DNA from: Candidatus Eiseniibacteriota bacterium
Lineage (GTDB): Bacteria > Eisenbacteria > RBG-16-71-46
Assembly (NCBI GenBank): GCA_044222065.1
Contig: JBGAOA010000037.1
Span: forward strand, 1 to 44,522
Length of the DNA: 44,522 bases
Direction of reading: 5' to 3'
Shown: in pieces, positions 31,101 through 40,859 of the stretch
How the letters are laid out: the number at the start of each line of letters is the position of its first letter
Position numbering within the stretch: the first letter of the stretch is position 1
The notes under the pieces: model-generated
What the model saw: only the letters and a program-made list of their open reading frames with translations
Told to the model about the DNA's origin: nothing
Database searches by the model: none
Program-made: the position numbers and the translations under genes

Positions 31101-31252
31101 CGCGAGCCCGCCGCGTCCGTGACGACGCGCACGCCGGGGCGCGCGGCGTCGGCGGCCGGCGCGTCGGCGCGCGCGGGCGGCGCGAGTGCGAGGACGAGGG
31201 CGGCGAGGGCCGCCGCGGCGGGCGCGAGGCGGCGCCGGAAATGCGGGTTCAC
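28091..31252 (-). CDS. Secreted clan GH-A glycosidase (GH2/GH158-like TIM barrel) fused to a putative outer-membrane beta-barrel
   Basis: GGGAGG then GTG 31252; signal peptide ending PARA; MGVNAIR, LGNENN (acid/base), FSEFG (nucleophile), FQWSDGWWK, NEEWWG; about 600 C-terminal aa of amphipathic strands ending RSYLNFTL. Confidence 0.8.
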
Positions 31253-32640
31253 GGGATCCTCCCGGTGGAGAGCGACTCGGCGGCGTCCGGAACGGACCGC
31301 GCGGCGACGACGTCGCGATAGAAGTGAGCACTGTCCTTGATCGTTCTCTGCTGCGTTTCGAAGTCCACGTGGTAGAGCCCGAACCGCTTCGAATGGCCCT
31401 GGCCCCACTCGAAGTTGTCGAGCAGCGACCAGACGAAGAAGCCCGCGAGCGGGACGCCGGCAGCGATCGCATCGAGCGCGGCCGCGAGGTGTCCGCGCAG
31501 GTACTCGACCCGACGCGTATCGCGCACGCGGCCGTCCGGGTCCACGGCGTCGTCGAACGCGGCGCCGCTCTCGGTCACGTAGAGCCGCTTCGCGCCGTAC
31601 TCGCGCGTGAGACGCAGCAGCACGTCCGTGAGTCCGCGCGGCCACACTTCCCAGCCCATCGCCGTGAGCGCTTCGCGCGGCGCCTGCGGCACGCCGATGG
31701 GCTCGCCGCGCTCGCCCGCGCGCATCACGGCGCGGCTGTAGTAGTTGACGCCGAGGAAGTCGGCGGGCGTCGCGATCGCCTCGAGGTCGCCCGGCTCGAC
31801 GAACGGCAGCGTCTCCGAGGCGAGCGTGCCGCGGCGGACGTGATCGCGCACGACGTCCTCCGGGTAGCGCCCGCGGAAGAGCGGGTCCAGGTACCAGCGA
31901 TTGACCGTGCCGTCGTAGCGGCGCGCCGCGTCGCGGTCGGCCATCGCGTCGCTCGCGGGGTCGACCGCGGCGAGGATGTTCGTGAGCCCGACCTGGGCGT
32001 CGGGCCAGTCGCGCTTCGCTTCGGCGGCCGCGAGCCCGTGCGAGAGCAGCAGGTGGTGCGCGACGCCAAGCGCCGCCGCGGGATCGCGCAGGCCCGGCGC
32101 GTGCTGGCCGAGTTCGTGACCGAGCACCGCGAGGCACCACGGTTCGTTGTGCGTGATCCAGTGCTTCACGCGGTCGCCGAGCCGCGCCGTGACGGCGCGC
32201 GCGTAGGCGGTGAACGCGTGCACGGTCGCGCGCTCGCGCCACCCGCCCGCGCGCTCGAGCGCCTGCGGCAGGTCCCAGTGGTCGAGCGTCACGAACGGCG
32301 TGATGCCGCGCGCGAGCAGCGCGTCCACGAGGCGGTCGTAGAAGTCGAGGCCGCGCGCGTTCACGACGCCGTCGCCGGCGGGCACGATGCGCGACCAGCC
32401 GGTCGAGAAGCGGTACGCGTTCAGCCCGAGGTCGGAGAGCAGCGCCACGTCCTCGCGCCAGCGGTGGTAGTGGTCGCACGCGATCGCGGGCGTCGTGCCG
32501 TCGGCGATCGCGCCGGGCCGTGCCGCGAAGTGGTCCCACACGGACTCGCCGCGTCCGTCCTCGCGCACGGCGCCTTCGATCTGCTGCGCGGAGGTGGCGA
32601 CGCCGAAGCGGAAGCCGTCGGGGAACGACAGCGCGCGCAT
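31249..32640 (-). CDS. bglA: GH1 beta-glucosidase (cytoplasmic)
   Basis: FGVATSAQQIEG, DHYHRW, THNEP, YVTESG, WSLLDNFEW; no signal peptide. Confidence 0.93.
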   Translation of the reverse strand: MRALSFPDGFRFGVATSAQQIEGAVREDGRGESVWDHFAARPGAIADGTTPAIACDHYHRWREDVALLSDLGLNAYRFSTGWSRIVPAGDGVVNARGLDFYDRLVDALLARGITPFVTLDHWDLPQALERAGGWRERATVHAFTAYARAVTARLGDRVKHWITHNEPWCLAVLGHELGQHAPGLRDPAAALGVAHHLLLSHGLAAAEAKRDWPDAQVGLTNILAAVDPASDAMADRDAARRYDGTVNRWYLDPLFRGRYPEDVVRDHVRRGTLASETLPFVEPGDLEAIATPADFLGVNYYSRAVMRAGERGEPIGVPQAPREALTAMGWEVWPRGLTDVLLRLTREYGAKRLYVTESGAAFDDAVDPDGRVRDTRRVEYLRGHLAAALDAIAAGVPLAGFFVWSLLDNFEWGQGHSKRFGLYHVDFETQQRTIKDSAHFYRDVVAARSVPDAAESLSTGRIP

Positions 32641-32643
32641 CGC

Positions 32644-33633
32644 TCAGTCCCGCCCGCCGGCTGCCGGGTACAGGTGGCAGCGCACTTCGTGGCCGTCCAC
32701 GTTGCGCGGCGCCGGGTCCTCGGCGCGGCAGCGGTCGTGGACGTCGGGGCAGCGGTCGGCGAACGGGCAGCCGCGGCCCGCGGGCGCCGCCAAAGTGCCG
32801 CGGGCTCGTGCCGAAGTTCCCGTGCCGAACTCGGCGATCGAGTCGAGCAGCGCGCGCGTGTACGGGTGCCTCGGCGCCGCGACGACCGACGCGGCCGCGC
32901 CGACCTCGACCGCGCGCCCGCGATAGAGCACGACGATGCGCTCGGCGAGGAAGCGCGCCGAGGCGAGGTCGTGCGTGATGAGCAGGATCGCGAGCCCGCG
33001 CGTGCGCTTGAGGTCGGCGAGCAGCTTCAGGATGCCGGTGCGGATCGAGACGTCGAGCATCGAGGTCGGCTCGTCGGCGACGAGCAGGTCGGGCTCGGCG
33101 GCGAGCGCGCGCGCGATCGCGACCCGCTGGCGCTGGCCGCCCGACAGCTCGAACGGACGGCGGTGCAGGAACTCCTCGGCGGGCTCGAGCCCCACCGTGC
33201 GCAGCAGTTCGAGCGCCCGCGCGTTCGGGTCGCCCGCGGCGCTGCGCGCGAGCCGCGAGGCGGGCCGCACGAGGTGGTGCGCGACGTCGTGCGCGGGATT
33301 GAGCGAGCCGAAGGGGTCCTGGAACACCATCTGGACCCGCCGCCGGTAGTCGCGCGTGGCCCCGCCGCGCTCGCGCGCGAACACATCCGCGCCGTCGAGC
33401 AACGCCTCGCCGCCGTCGGCGGGCTCGAGGCGCAGGAGCAGCCGCGCGATCGTGCTCTTGCCGCTCCCCGATTCGCCCACGAGCGCGACCGCCTCGCCGC
33501 GACGGATCTCGAAGCTCGCGTCCGAGACCGCGACGACCGTGCCGCGCGCGCCGAACGGCCCGCCCGAGGCGTACTGCTTCCTCAGTCCCCGGACCTGGAG
33601 CAGCGGCGTTTCCGTCGTGAGCTTCGTCGGCAC
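32644..33633 (-). CDS. ABC transporter ATP-binding subunit (OppF/DppF type)
   Basis: GESGSGKST, VFQDPFGSLNP, LSGGQRQR, DEPTSMLDVS, HPYT, CPFADRC...C...CH. Confidence 0.92.
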   Translation of the reverse strand: MPTKLTTETPLLQVRGLRKQYASGGPFGARGTVVAVSDASFEIRRGEAVALVGESGSGKSTIARLLLRLEPADGGEALLDGADVFARERGGATRDYRRRVQMVFQDPFGSLNPAHDVAHHLVRPASRLARSAAGDPNARALELLRTVGLEPAEEFLHRRPFELSGGQRQRVAIARALAAEPDLLVADEPTSMLDVSIRTGILKLLADLKRTRGLAILLITHDLASARFLAERIVVLYRGRAVEVGAAASVVAAPRHPYTRALLDSIAEFGTGTSARARGTLAAPAGRGCPFADRCPDVHDRCRAEDPAPRNVDGHEVRCHLYPAAGGRD

Positions 33634-33657
33634 CAGCGTCTCCCGCGTTCTCGGACT

Positions 33658-33682
33658 ACTTTGTTCGGTCAGCGAACATTCT
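33658..33682. promoter_or_regulatory. ROK/XylR-type operator, copy 2
   Basis: ACTTTGTTCG-GTCAG-CGAACATTCT; same geometry as copy 1; 24 bp upstream of the OppF start. Confidence 0.8.
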
Positions 33683-33706
33683 CGGAGCGGCTTCGCGAGG
33701 TGTCAA
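33678..33706 (-). promoter_or_regulatory. Sigma70-type promoter for the oppF-GH1-GH/barrel operon
   Basis: Minus strand TTGACA (33706-33701), 17-bp spacer, GAGAAT (33683-33678); the -10 overlaps operator 2. Confidence 0.7.
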
Positions 33707-33732
33707 GAGTCGGGTCGCCCGGAGGCCCCCCT

Positions 33733-36700
33733 CTACTTATCCCCGGACGTCCCCCGCATCTGCGGCAACCCGTCCGGCTCCGACGTCCGGAGCGCGCCCG
33801 ACGGCACTCCTACCTCGACGAGCGCGATCGCGTCGAGCCGGCCGAGGAGCGCGCCGCTTTCGGGGCCATCGAGCGAGTCCGTGGCGCGCTCGGTGACGCG
33901 GCCGTCGCGCCAGCGCACGCGCACGCTCGCCGCGCCTTCGGTGAGCGCGTAGCGCACCGGCGTTCCGCAGAACGTGAACGCGAGCGAGCCCGCCGGAAGC
34001 TCGATCGAGCGCGGCGCGCCCGCCGAGTCGAGGCACTCGAACGACGACGGCGCGGCGAAGAACTCGGAACGCGAAAGCAGACGCGGCCGGAACGACACGA
34101 GCCCCGCGCGCACCTCCACGCCGAGTTCGCCGAAGCGCGTGAGGATCTCTTCCTTCACCTGGCCCGTCATGCCAGGCTGCTGCGCGCCCCGCCCGGCGGG
34201 CGTGTGCGAGTACGGATCGGTCGGGAACGCGCCGTAGTCCTCGGCGCTCTTCTCGAACCCGAGGCCCGCGCGGATGCGCGCGTAGTGGCGCGCGAGCGCG
34301 GCCGTCGTCTCCGCCGGCGCGCCGGCGCGCAACGAGCGCGCGTGCGTCTCCTGCACCGCGAGCAGCAGCTTCGCGACCATGTGCCAGTAGACGCTGCCGA
34401 TGCCTTCGTAGGCGAACATCGTCCCCGAGCGGCCGGTGAAGGCGTGGTGCCGGAACACCTCTTCGTAGAGCGCGAGGATCGCGTCGCGCTCGGCCGCGAC
34501 GACGGCGCCGAGCGCCGGGCGCGCCGCGAGCCGGTCGAGCGCCGCGCGCACGTCGGGCTCGCCGCGCAGGTCGGGCGCGAAGCGCACGGCGCCGGCCGCG
34601 TCGCGCACGACGAGCGTGCGGTCGCCGGCCTCGATCAGCGCGCCGAGCGCGCGCGACGCCTGGACGCGCGCCTTCGGCAGCACGTTCTTCGCGAGGAAGG
34701 ACGGCAGCGTGCGCTCCGGGTACAGCTGGAAGCTGTCCCGATCCTCCCGGTAGAGCTCGCTCGCGAACAGCCCGTCGAGAAGCCGCAGGGACGCCGTGAA
34801 GTCCATTCGCCCCGAGCCGAGCGCCGCGACCTGGCCCTCGAGCATGACGGGCAGGCGCTCGATCCCGACCATGCGCCGCGCGCGGTCGAACACGAGCACG
34901 TTGTAGGCGTGCAGGAGTCCGTCCTCGCGCACGTTCGATTCGAGCGAGCGCTCGACGTGCTCCCGCGCCTCGTGCACGAGCGCGCGGGCCTGCTCGGCCC
35001 CGAACGGCACGGGGTCGCCGAGGCCGTTCGCGTACGCCGCCGCGCGATAACGCGAGTAAGCGCGGCCGAGCGCCTCGAGCAGCGCGAAGCGCGCGTGCGG
35101 GTCCGCGAGCGCCGCGCCGCCGTGCGCGCGCCACGCGTCGCCCACCTCGCGCGCCCACTGCGCCACCTCGCGCGACACGTCGAACGACTCGTCGCGTCGC
35201 GCCTCGAACAACGTGCCGAGGAACTCGAGCAGGCGCGCGAGGTGCGCGAGCGTCACGACCGAGGCGCCGTAGCCGACGAGCGCGTTGTTCGCGTCGTTCC
35301 ACTCGGGACGCTGCGTGTTCATCCACACGCCGGCGCCGGGGACGACGTTCGAGAGCCGCGCGAGCGCGGTGACGAGCAGCTTCTCGAACAGCGTCACGTG
35401 CAGCACGCCGCCGTCCGCGCGGGCGGCGAGCTTGCCGTCGGCCCCGACGCCGCGAACGCGCGCGGCGACCCGTGCCGCGCGTTCGTGATCGAACGCGATC
35501 GTGGCGCGCGGATCCTCGATCATGCGTTCGAACGGCACGATGCGGTACGGCACGTCGGCGTACGCGAAGATCGGGCGGTCGAGCAGCCGCACGAGCGCCC
35601 CGGGTTCGTGATCGCGCAGCGCCTCGAGCAGCCGCAGCAGGTACACGACCGGATGGTCGCCCCAGTAGCCGATGTTGCTCCACGGATGCCCCGGCTCTTC
35701 GACCTCCCAGTCGATGCCGTCGCGCGTGATCCGATAGGGATTGAAGCCGTCCACGGTCGAGGCGTTCAGGAACTTCGCGATCAGCCCCGGCAGGAACGCG
35801 GGCGAACTCGCGGCGAGCGCTTCCCAATTCTGGAAGATGTCGCGCCAGTTGCCCTCGTAGTGGAGCGCGGGCGCGCCGTCCGCGCCGCGCACGCGGATCG
35901 CGAAGCGGTTCCACGGCCGGCTCGGGTCGCCGTGGCGGCGGCCGAAGTGGAGCGGCAGGTACTCGTGCGCGAGTCGCTCGATGCCGGGATCGCCCGTGCC
36001 CGCGGCGCGCGCGAGCAGGTCCCCGAACGGTAGCGCCGCAGGCAGCGCGTCGAGCCACGCGGCGTGACGTGCGGCGAGCGGCGCGTTGCGCGCGCGCACG
36101 AACGCCGCGACGTCGCCGCCCGGCACGCGGTGGCCGTCGGCGAAGAAGCCGCCGCGCATGCCGTTGTAGAGCACGTTCGCGAGGTGGTGCACCGAGGCGC
36201 GTGCATCGGCCGTCTGCTGGAGGCCGTCTGCGTCCGCGACGAAGCGGCGCAGGTTCGCCGCCGAGGCGTCGAGCGCGCGCCCGATCGCGCCGCCCGTGTC
36301 CGCCGTGTCGAGCAGCCGCGCGCGCAGCGCGGCGACCTGCGACTGGTCGCGACCGGCATCGAGGCAGAAGCGCCACGTCGCGCGATCGCCGGGCGCGAGC
36401 GTGAGCGTTGCCGCGGCGAACAGGTTGCCGCGCCGGCCCTGGAGCCGCGTCTCGCCGCGCACCGCTTCCCCGCGACGGAACGCCCCGACCGCTCCGGGCG
36501 ACAGCGTGAGCCGCGCGCCCGGGAGTCCCGAGAGCCACGCGACGTTCGCGCGCAGCTCCTCGGCGGGCTCGGGCCGGTCGCTGATGCGCGCCGTGAGCGC
36601 GAACACGCCGAGCCCGCTCGCCTCGTCCACTTCGCTCTGCTTGTACGCGTCCACGAGCGAACTCGAGTGCTGGTAGAGCGCGAGCGGCGCGCCGAACGGC

Positions 36701-37233
36701 AGCAGATTGCGGAGCCCGTCGAGCACCTCGAGCGTCACCGGCGCGGCGCCGTCGTTCGCGAGCGTCACGGTGCGCACGTGACCGAACGCGTCGCACGCTG
36801 CCCACTCCGCGCGCAGCGTCAGGCGGTGGCCGGCGTGGCGCTCCTCGAACACGACCGGCGTTCCGAGCGGCGCCTTGTAAAGGTGGCGCTCGATCGCGGG
36901 ATCGTCGGCGCCCGCGTCGAACGGCTGCCACAGGACGGGACGCGCGCCGCCGCGCGCGAGGCGCACGAGCGTGATCGGCCCCGTCGTGTGGTGCGCGTCG
37001 TGGAGCCAGTCCTCGGTGACGTACGGGAACAGCGCGCCGTCCGGATCGCGGCGGCCCGCGGTGAGCCCGCCCGCGCTGCTCAGGAACATCCACAGATCGG
37101 TGTCGCTCGGGATCGTCATGAGGAACGGCGCCATGCGGTCGTAGTGCGCGATGCGCAGGACGTCGCGACCGTCCAAGCGGACGAGCCCGCCGTTCGCGGG
37201 TGAGGCGCCGTGCGAGCTCTCGGCGAGGCTCAC
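33733..37233 (-). CDS. GH149 beta-1,3-glucan phosphorylase
   Basis: About 1166 aa; WMFLSSAGGLTAGR, RRHGDPSRPWNRF, YEGNWRDIFQNWE, NIGYWGDH, EWNDANNAL, YEGIGSVYWHM, FPTDPYSHTP, QQPGMTGQVKE; GTGA overlap with the GH17 stop. Confidence 0.88.
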   Translation of the reverse strand: MSLAESSHGASPANGGLVRLDGRDVLRIAHYDRMAPFLMTIPSDTDLWMFLSSAGGLTAGRRDPDGALFPYVTEDWLHDAHHTTGPITLVRLARGGARPVLWQPFDAGADDPAIERHLYKAPLGTPVVFEERHAGHRLTLRAEWAACDAFGHVRTVTLANDGAAPVTLEVLDGLRNLLPFGAPLALYQHSSSLVDAYKQSEVDEASGLGVFALTARISDRPEPAEELRANVAWLSGLPGARLTLSPGAVGAFRRGEAVRGETRLQGRRGNLFAAATLTLAPGDRATWRFCLDAGRDQSQVAALRARLLDTADTGGAIGRALDASAANLRRFVADADGLQQTADARASVHHLANVLYNGMRGGFFADGHRVPGGDVAAFVRARNAPLAARHAAWLDALPAALPFGDLLARAAGTGDPGIERLAHEYLPLHFGRRHGDPSRPWNRFAIRVRGADGAPALHYEGNWRDIFQNWEALAASSPAFLPGLIAKFLNASTVDGFNPYRITRDGIDWEVEEPGHPWSNIGYWGDHPVVYLLRLLEALRDHEPGALVRLLDRPIFAYADVPYRIVPFERMIEDPRATIAFDHERAARVAARVRGVGADGKLAARADGGVLHVTLFEKLLVTALARLSNVVPGAGVWMNTQRPEWNDANNALVGYGASVVTLAHLARLLEFLGTLFEARRDESFDVSREVAQWAREVGDAWRAHGGAALADPHARFALLEALGRAYSRYRAAAYANGLGDPVPFGAEQARALVHEAREHVERSLESNVREDGLLHAYNVLVFDRARRMVGIERLPVMLEGQVAALGSGRMDFTASLRLLDGLFASELYREDRDSFQLYPERTLPSFLAKNVLPKARVQASRALGALIEAGDRTLVVRDAAGAVRFAPDLRGEPDVRAALDRLAARPALGAVVAAERDAILALYEEVFRHHAFTGRSGTMFAYEGIGSVYWHMVAKLLLAVQETHARSLRAGAPAETTAALARHYARIRAGLGFEKSAEDYGAFPTDPYSHTPAGRGAQQPGMTGQVKEEILTRFGELGVEVRAGLVSFRPRLLSRSEFFAAPSSFECLDSAGAPRSIELPAGSLAFTFCGTPVRYALTEGAASVRVRWRDGRVTERATDSLDGPESGALLGRLDAIALVEVGVPSGALRTSEPDGLPQMRGTSGDK

Positions 37234-38270
37234 GGCCGCACCCCCGCGGCGGGCTTCGGGGTGCGGTCCGCGCGGTAGAGGCCCCAGTGCTTTTCGACGT
37301 CGTTCGGATCGGCGCCGCCCTTCCAGTTCTCGTCGAACGCCTCGAACGTGAAGGTCGGAACGCGCGTGCGCGCGACCCACGCGTCGAGCGCGGCGACGAA
37401 GCGCGCCTGCTCTTCCTCGCCGAGTGCGCCCTTCATGAGCTTGCCCTGGTCGCCCGCGTCGTTGCGGCGCGTCGCCCAGCCCGTCTCGCCGATCACGACC
37501 GGCCGGTCCGGATGGAGCGTGCGGATGCGGTCGAGTTCGCGCTCGATCCACGGCAGCGCGTTTTCGAGCTGCGCACCGTTCCAGAGCGGGTGGAGGTGCG
37601 TGCTCACGTAGTCGCACTCGAGGGCGATCGCGCGGCTCTCGGGCTTGTTCCAGAAGTTGTAGTCGTCGGACGTCGTCACCGGAAGCCGCGTCGTGCGGCG
37701 CAGCTCGCGCAAGGAAGCGACGAGGCGATCGGGCGCGAGACGGTTTCCGGACCAGAACACCTGCGTTTCGTTGCCCGCGGCGATCGCGGCGATCGTGCCG
37801 CCGTACGCGCGCGCGAGCTTCGCCGCGTGCGCGACCTCGCGCGCGTTCTCGGCGCGCGCCTTCGGGAAACGCTCGATCACGCGCCCGGTCGAATCGCGCC
37901 GGTCCTCGGCCGCGAGCCACACGCCGAGCACGACACGGAGCGGCAGGTTCGACGCGCGGATCGCGGCGAGCACGGTGTCGCCCGTGCCGCGCGCGTTGTA
38001 GATCCGGATCAACCGCCAGCGCTTCGCGATCAGCGCGAGGTCCTCTCGAACTTCGGCCACGGTTGGGGACGCGCCGCCCGGGCGCTGGCCGTCGCGGTGC
38101 GGACCGTACGCGACGCCCGCGCCGATCCACTCGCCGCCGACCTCGACGACGAGCGGGCGCACGACGAAGCGCGTGGCCCTGCGCGCCGCGCAGGCGGGCG
38201 AGGCGGATGCAAGCGCCGCGAACGCGACGGCGAGCACGAGCGCGTGCGCGGCCCGCACGCGGAACGTCAT
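37230..38270 (-). CDS. GH17-family beta-1,3-glucanase, exported
   Basis: Signal peptide; YGPHRDGQ.P, IRIY, AGNE, IGETGW, FEAFDENWK, EKHWGL; ATGA overlap. Confidence 0.85.
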   Translation of the reverse strand: MTFRVRAAHALVLAVAFAALASASPACAARRATRFVVRPLVVEVGGEWIGAGVAYGPHRDGQRPGGASPTVAEVREDLALIAKRWRLIRIYNARGTGDTVLAAIRASNLPLRVVLGVWLAAEDRRDSTGRVIERFPKARAENAREVAHAAKLARAYGGTIAAIAAGNETQVFWSGNRLAPDRLVASLRELRRTTRLPVTTSDDYNFWNKPESRAIALECDYVSTHLHPLWNGAQLENALPWIERELDRIRTLHPDRPVVIGETGWATRRNDAGDQGKLMKGALGEEEQARFVAALDAWVARTRVPTFTFEAFDENWKGGADPNDVEKHWGLYRADRTPKPAAGVRP

Positions 38271-39859
38271 CGCAGCACCACGAGCCGCGCGACGCCCGAA
38301 GCCCGGGCGGTCGCGAAGTGCGCGAGGTAGACGCCCGGCGCGACCGGGGCGCCCGCCGCGTCGCGTCCGTCCCACGCGATCTCGTGCGCGCCGGCCTCGC
38401 GCTCGCCGCGCTCGAGCGTGCGCACGAGCCGGCCCGCGACGTCGTGCATCGTGAGCGTCACGAACCCCGACTCGGGGAGCGCGAGCCGCAGCCGCGCGCC
38501 GCCTCGCGTCGGGTTCTCGCCCGCGAGCGCGAGCGCCGCGACGCGCGGCGTCGTCACAGGCGTCTCGGGCGCGGCGACGAGCGCGGGCGGCCACGGCGCG
38601 AACGTGAAGTCCTCGAACACGACCTCCTGCGTCGTCGTCGGCGGGCCCGTGAACTGCCAGAGGTTCAGGTGCACGCGCGGCTGGTCGGGCCGCGGGATGT
38701 GCGGCCCCGTGTACGTCCACGCCGCGACGAGCGAGGTCGGCGACTCCTGCGAGGCGTTTCCGCGCCAGGCGCGGAACTCGACGCGGTCCGGCAGCCAGCG
38801 GAACGCGTGGCTCGTGATCTCGTTCGCCGCGAACGTCACGTTGTAGCGCACGAGGTTCCCGCCCCAGTCGTAGGGCTGCGCGACGAATTGCGCGTTCTGC
38901 GATCCCGGGGAACCCCAGCGGCTGTACTCGATGTCCACCTCGTTGTACGGGTTCCACCACAGGTAGCCCGCGTCGTAGCACGGGCCGTACTCCCACACGA
39001 ACAGGCCGAGCACGACGGCCGGATCGAGCGTGTCGAGCCGTCCGCGCGTCGTGAACACGTAGTCGCCGTAGCCGAGTGCTTCGACGAGCGCGACCTCGGT
39101 GCTGTACCACGTGCCGGCCGACTGCGTGACCGTGAGGTGCAGGCGATCGTTCGCATCCACGTACACGTGGCTCGGCGAGCTCGAGAACCAGCTCGGCCCC
39201 GGCCCGTAGACGCCCGTCCCCTTCGCGCGCCACGTGCGGCCCGCGAACGACAGCGTGCGTCCGCTCGGGAAGTCGTTCCACTGGATCGCGTCGAGCGACG
39301 GCGAGGTCTGCTTCACGAACGTGACCTGGTCGTAGATCGCGTCGCGCTGCGGATCACCCGGCCCCTGCAGCACGCCGACGAGGATGCGCGCCGACGCCGT
39401 GCCCGCGGGCGCCGCCGCGGTCGTGAACGACCAGAAGAGGCTCGTGTCGCGCGGCGTCGAGGACGTCGCGACGTCGTGCGACTCGTAGCTGATGAGCGCG
39501 CCGCCCGAGTTGCGCCACTCGACGTTGACGATCGCCCGCGACTGGCCCGCGAGCGGCGCGGACGACGGCACGCGCACGTAGCCCGCCGCCTTCCACACGT
39601 CGCCCGCGACCGTGTTCTGCGCCTGCCAGTAGGCCGAGACGTCCCAGCCGCCGGTGTTCGGGCCCGAGACGCGCGCGGCCTTCGAGCCGTGCACGGCGAT
39701 CGTCGAGCTGCCGACGACGCCGAACTGGTTCCAGCCGCCGAAGACGAAGCCCGGCTGGCCCGCGATCTCGAAGCTCGGATTCATCAGCATGCACTGGGCG
39801 CCGGCGTCGGCGGCGAGAATCAAGGACATCAGCGCGGCGAGGATCGAGGCGCGCGTCAT
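38267..39859 (-). CDS. Secreted modular protein: CBM-like domain + GH16-like domain + FlgD-Ig/T9SS-like C-terminal domain
   Basis: Signal peptide ending AGA; LMNPSFE...YDQV CBM-like; LGYGDY, NEVDIEYSRWG (ExDxE), HLNLW; ENP...WDGRDAAG...PGVY. Confidence 0.75.
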   Translation of the reverse strand: MTRASILAALMSLILAADAGAQCMLMNPSFEIAGQPGFVFGGWNQFGVVGSSTIAVHGSKAARVSGPNTGGWDVSAYWQAQNTVAGDVWKAAGYVRVPSSAPLAGQSRAIVNVEWRNSGGALISYESHDVATSSTPRDTSLFWSFTTAAAPAGTASARILVGVLQGPGDPQRDAIYDQVTFVKQTSPSLDAIQWNDFPSGRTLSFAGRTWRAKGTGVYGPGPSWFSSSPSHVYVDANDRLHLTVTQSAGTWYSTEVALVEALGYGDYVFTTRGRLDTLDPAVVLGLFVWEYGPCYDAGYLWWNPYNEVDIEYSRWGSPGSQNAQFVAQPYDWGGNLVRYNVTFAANEITSHAFRWLPDRVEFRAWRGNASQESPTSLVAAWTYTGPHIPRPDQPRVHLNLWQFTGPPTTTQEVVFEDFTFAPWPPALVAAPETPVTTPRVAALALAGENPTRGGARLRLALPESGFVTLTMHDVAGRLVRTLERGEREAGAHEIAWDGRDAAGAPVAPGVYLAHFATARASGVARLVVLR

Positions 39860-39883
39860 GGAGGTCTCCGAGCGTGGGGCGCA

Positions 39884-39908
39884 GCTTTGTACGGTTGCCG
39901 GACAAAGA
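39884..39908. promoter_or_regulatory. ROK/XylR-type operator, copy 3
   Basis: GCTTTGTACG-GTTGC-CGGACAAAGA; 24 bp upstream of ATG 39859; a minus-strand TAGTCT -10-like hexamer (39911-39906) overlaps it. Confidence 0.8.
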
Positions 39909-40067
39909 CTACCCGATCCCGGCTGCGGGCGCTCGCGGAATCTCAGGCCCTTTAAGGCGCTGGCCCCGGGACTTGAAGCGCTCGATGACCCCGGACGGAG
40001 TCCGGCCGGGCCGAGCGCGCACCCCACACCGCGGCGCGCGAGGTCGCGAGGTCCGGCGGCGGCCGCG

Positions 40068-40805
40068 CTAGCCCGCGACTCCCAGGACGTACAGCACCCA
40101 CGGCGCGATCGTTGTCTCGCTCACCCACGCGTACGGCTCGTCGGCTCGCCCGAGCGGGCGTCGCTTCGCGAGCGTGGCGAGCCCCGCGTCGCGGTACACG
40201 GCGTCGTACGCTTCGTCGGACCACGTGATGTCCTCGACCGGCCGGCGGTCGCCGACATCGAGCATGACGATGCGCACCGTGTCTCCCGAGCGCGCGTTCG
40301 CGTTCTCGGGGTAGTCGCGCGTCGAGAACGACGCCCACTCGTTCAGGTAGATGTCGGGCGACGAGACGATCGTCACGACGCGGCCGCCGGGCGCGAGCGT
40401 GCGCGCGAGGCCGCGGAAGAGCGCGACCTTCCTCGCGTGCGTCGGCACGTTGTCGAACGTGAAGGCCGCGAACGCGAGATCGAACGCGCCCGCCGGCAGC
40501 GACGACAGGTCGCCGTCCGGCAGGAGCCGGTAGTCGCCCGCGGGATCGGCGGCGCGCGCGTGCTCGAGCATCGGCGCCGCGATGTCCACGCCGACGACGC
40601 CGAAGCCGAGTGCTTCGAGCCAGCGCGAGGAGCGTCCGGCGCCGCAGCCGAAGTCGAGCGCGCGCCTCCCCCGCACGTGTTCGGCGATCAGCGCCGGCAG
40701 GTCGCGGAACGCGAGCGCGTACGTGTTCGGGTATTCGAGCGCCGCGTACGCCGCGGCGCGCGTCGTGTCGTCGTAGACGTTCGAGAAGTCGTGGCGGTCG
40801 GTCAT
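40068..40805 (-). CDS. Class I SAM-dependent methyltransferase
   Basis: ALDFGCGAG, VGVDI, FDLAF, LAPGG. Confidence 0.88.
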   Translation of the reverse strand: MTDRHDFSNVYDDTTRAAAYAALEYPNTYALAFRDLPALIAEHVRGRRALDFGCGAGRSSRWLEALGFGVVGVDIAAPMLEHARAADPAGDYRLLPDGDLSSLPAGAFDLAFAAFTFDNVPTHARKVALFRGLARTLAPGGRVVTIVSSPDIYLNEWASFSTRDYPENANARSGDTVRIVMLDVGDRRPVEDITWSDEAYDAVYRDAGLATLAKRRPLGRADEPYAWVSETTIAPWVLYVLGVAG

Positions 40806-40859
40806 GGCGTGCGCTCGGGCGCGCAGACTATCCGAGTGCGCGAACGCCGCCAACGCCGC

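Noticed and set aside
31186..36033. 1615-aa plus-strand ORF, and similar ones at 28049..31321, 39654..42737 and 10931..13714
   Set aside because: Antisense shadows of well-supported minus-strand genes
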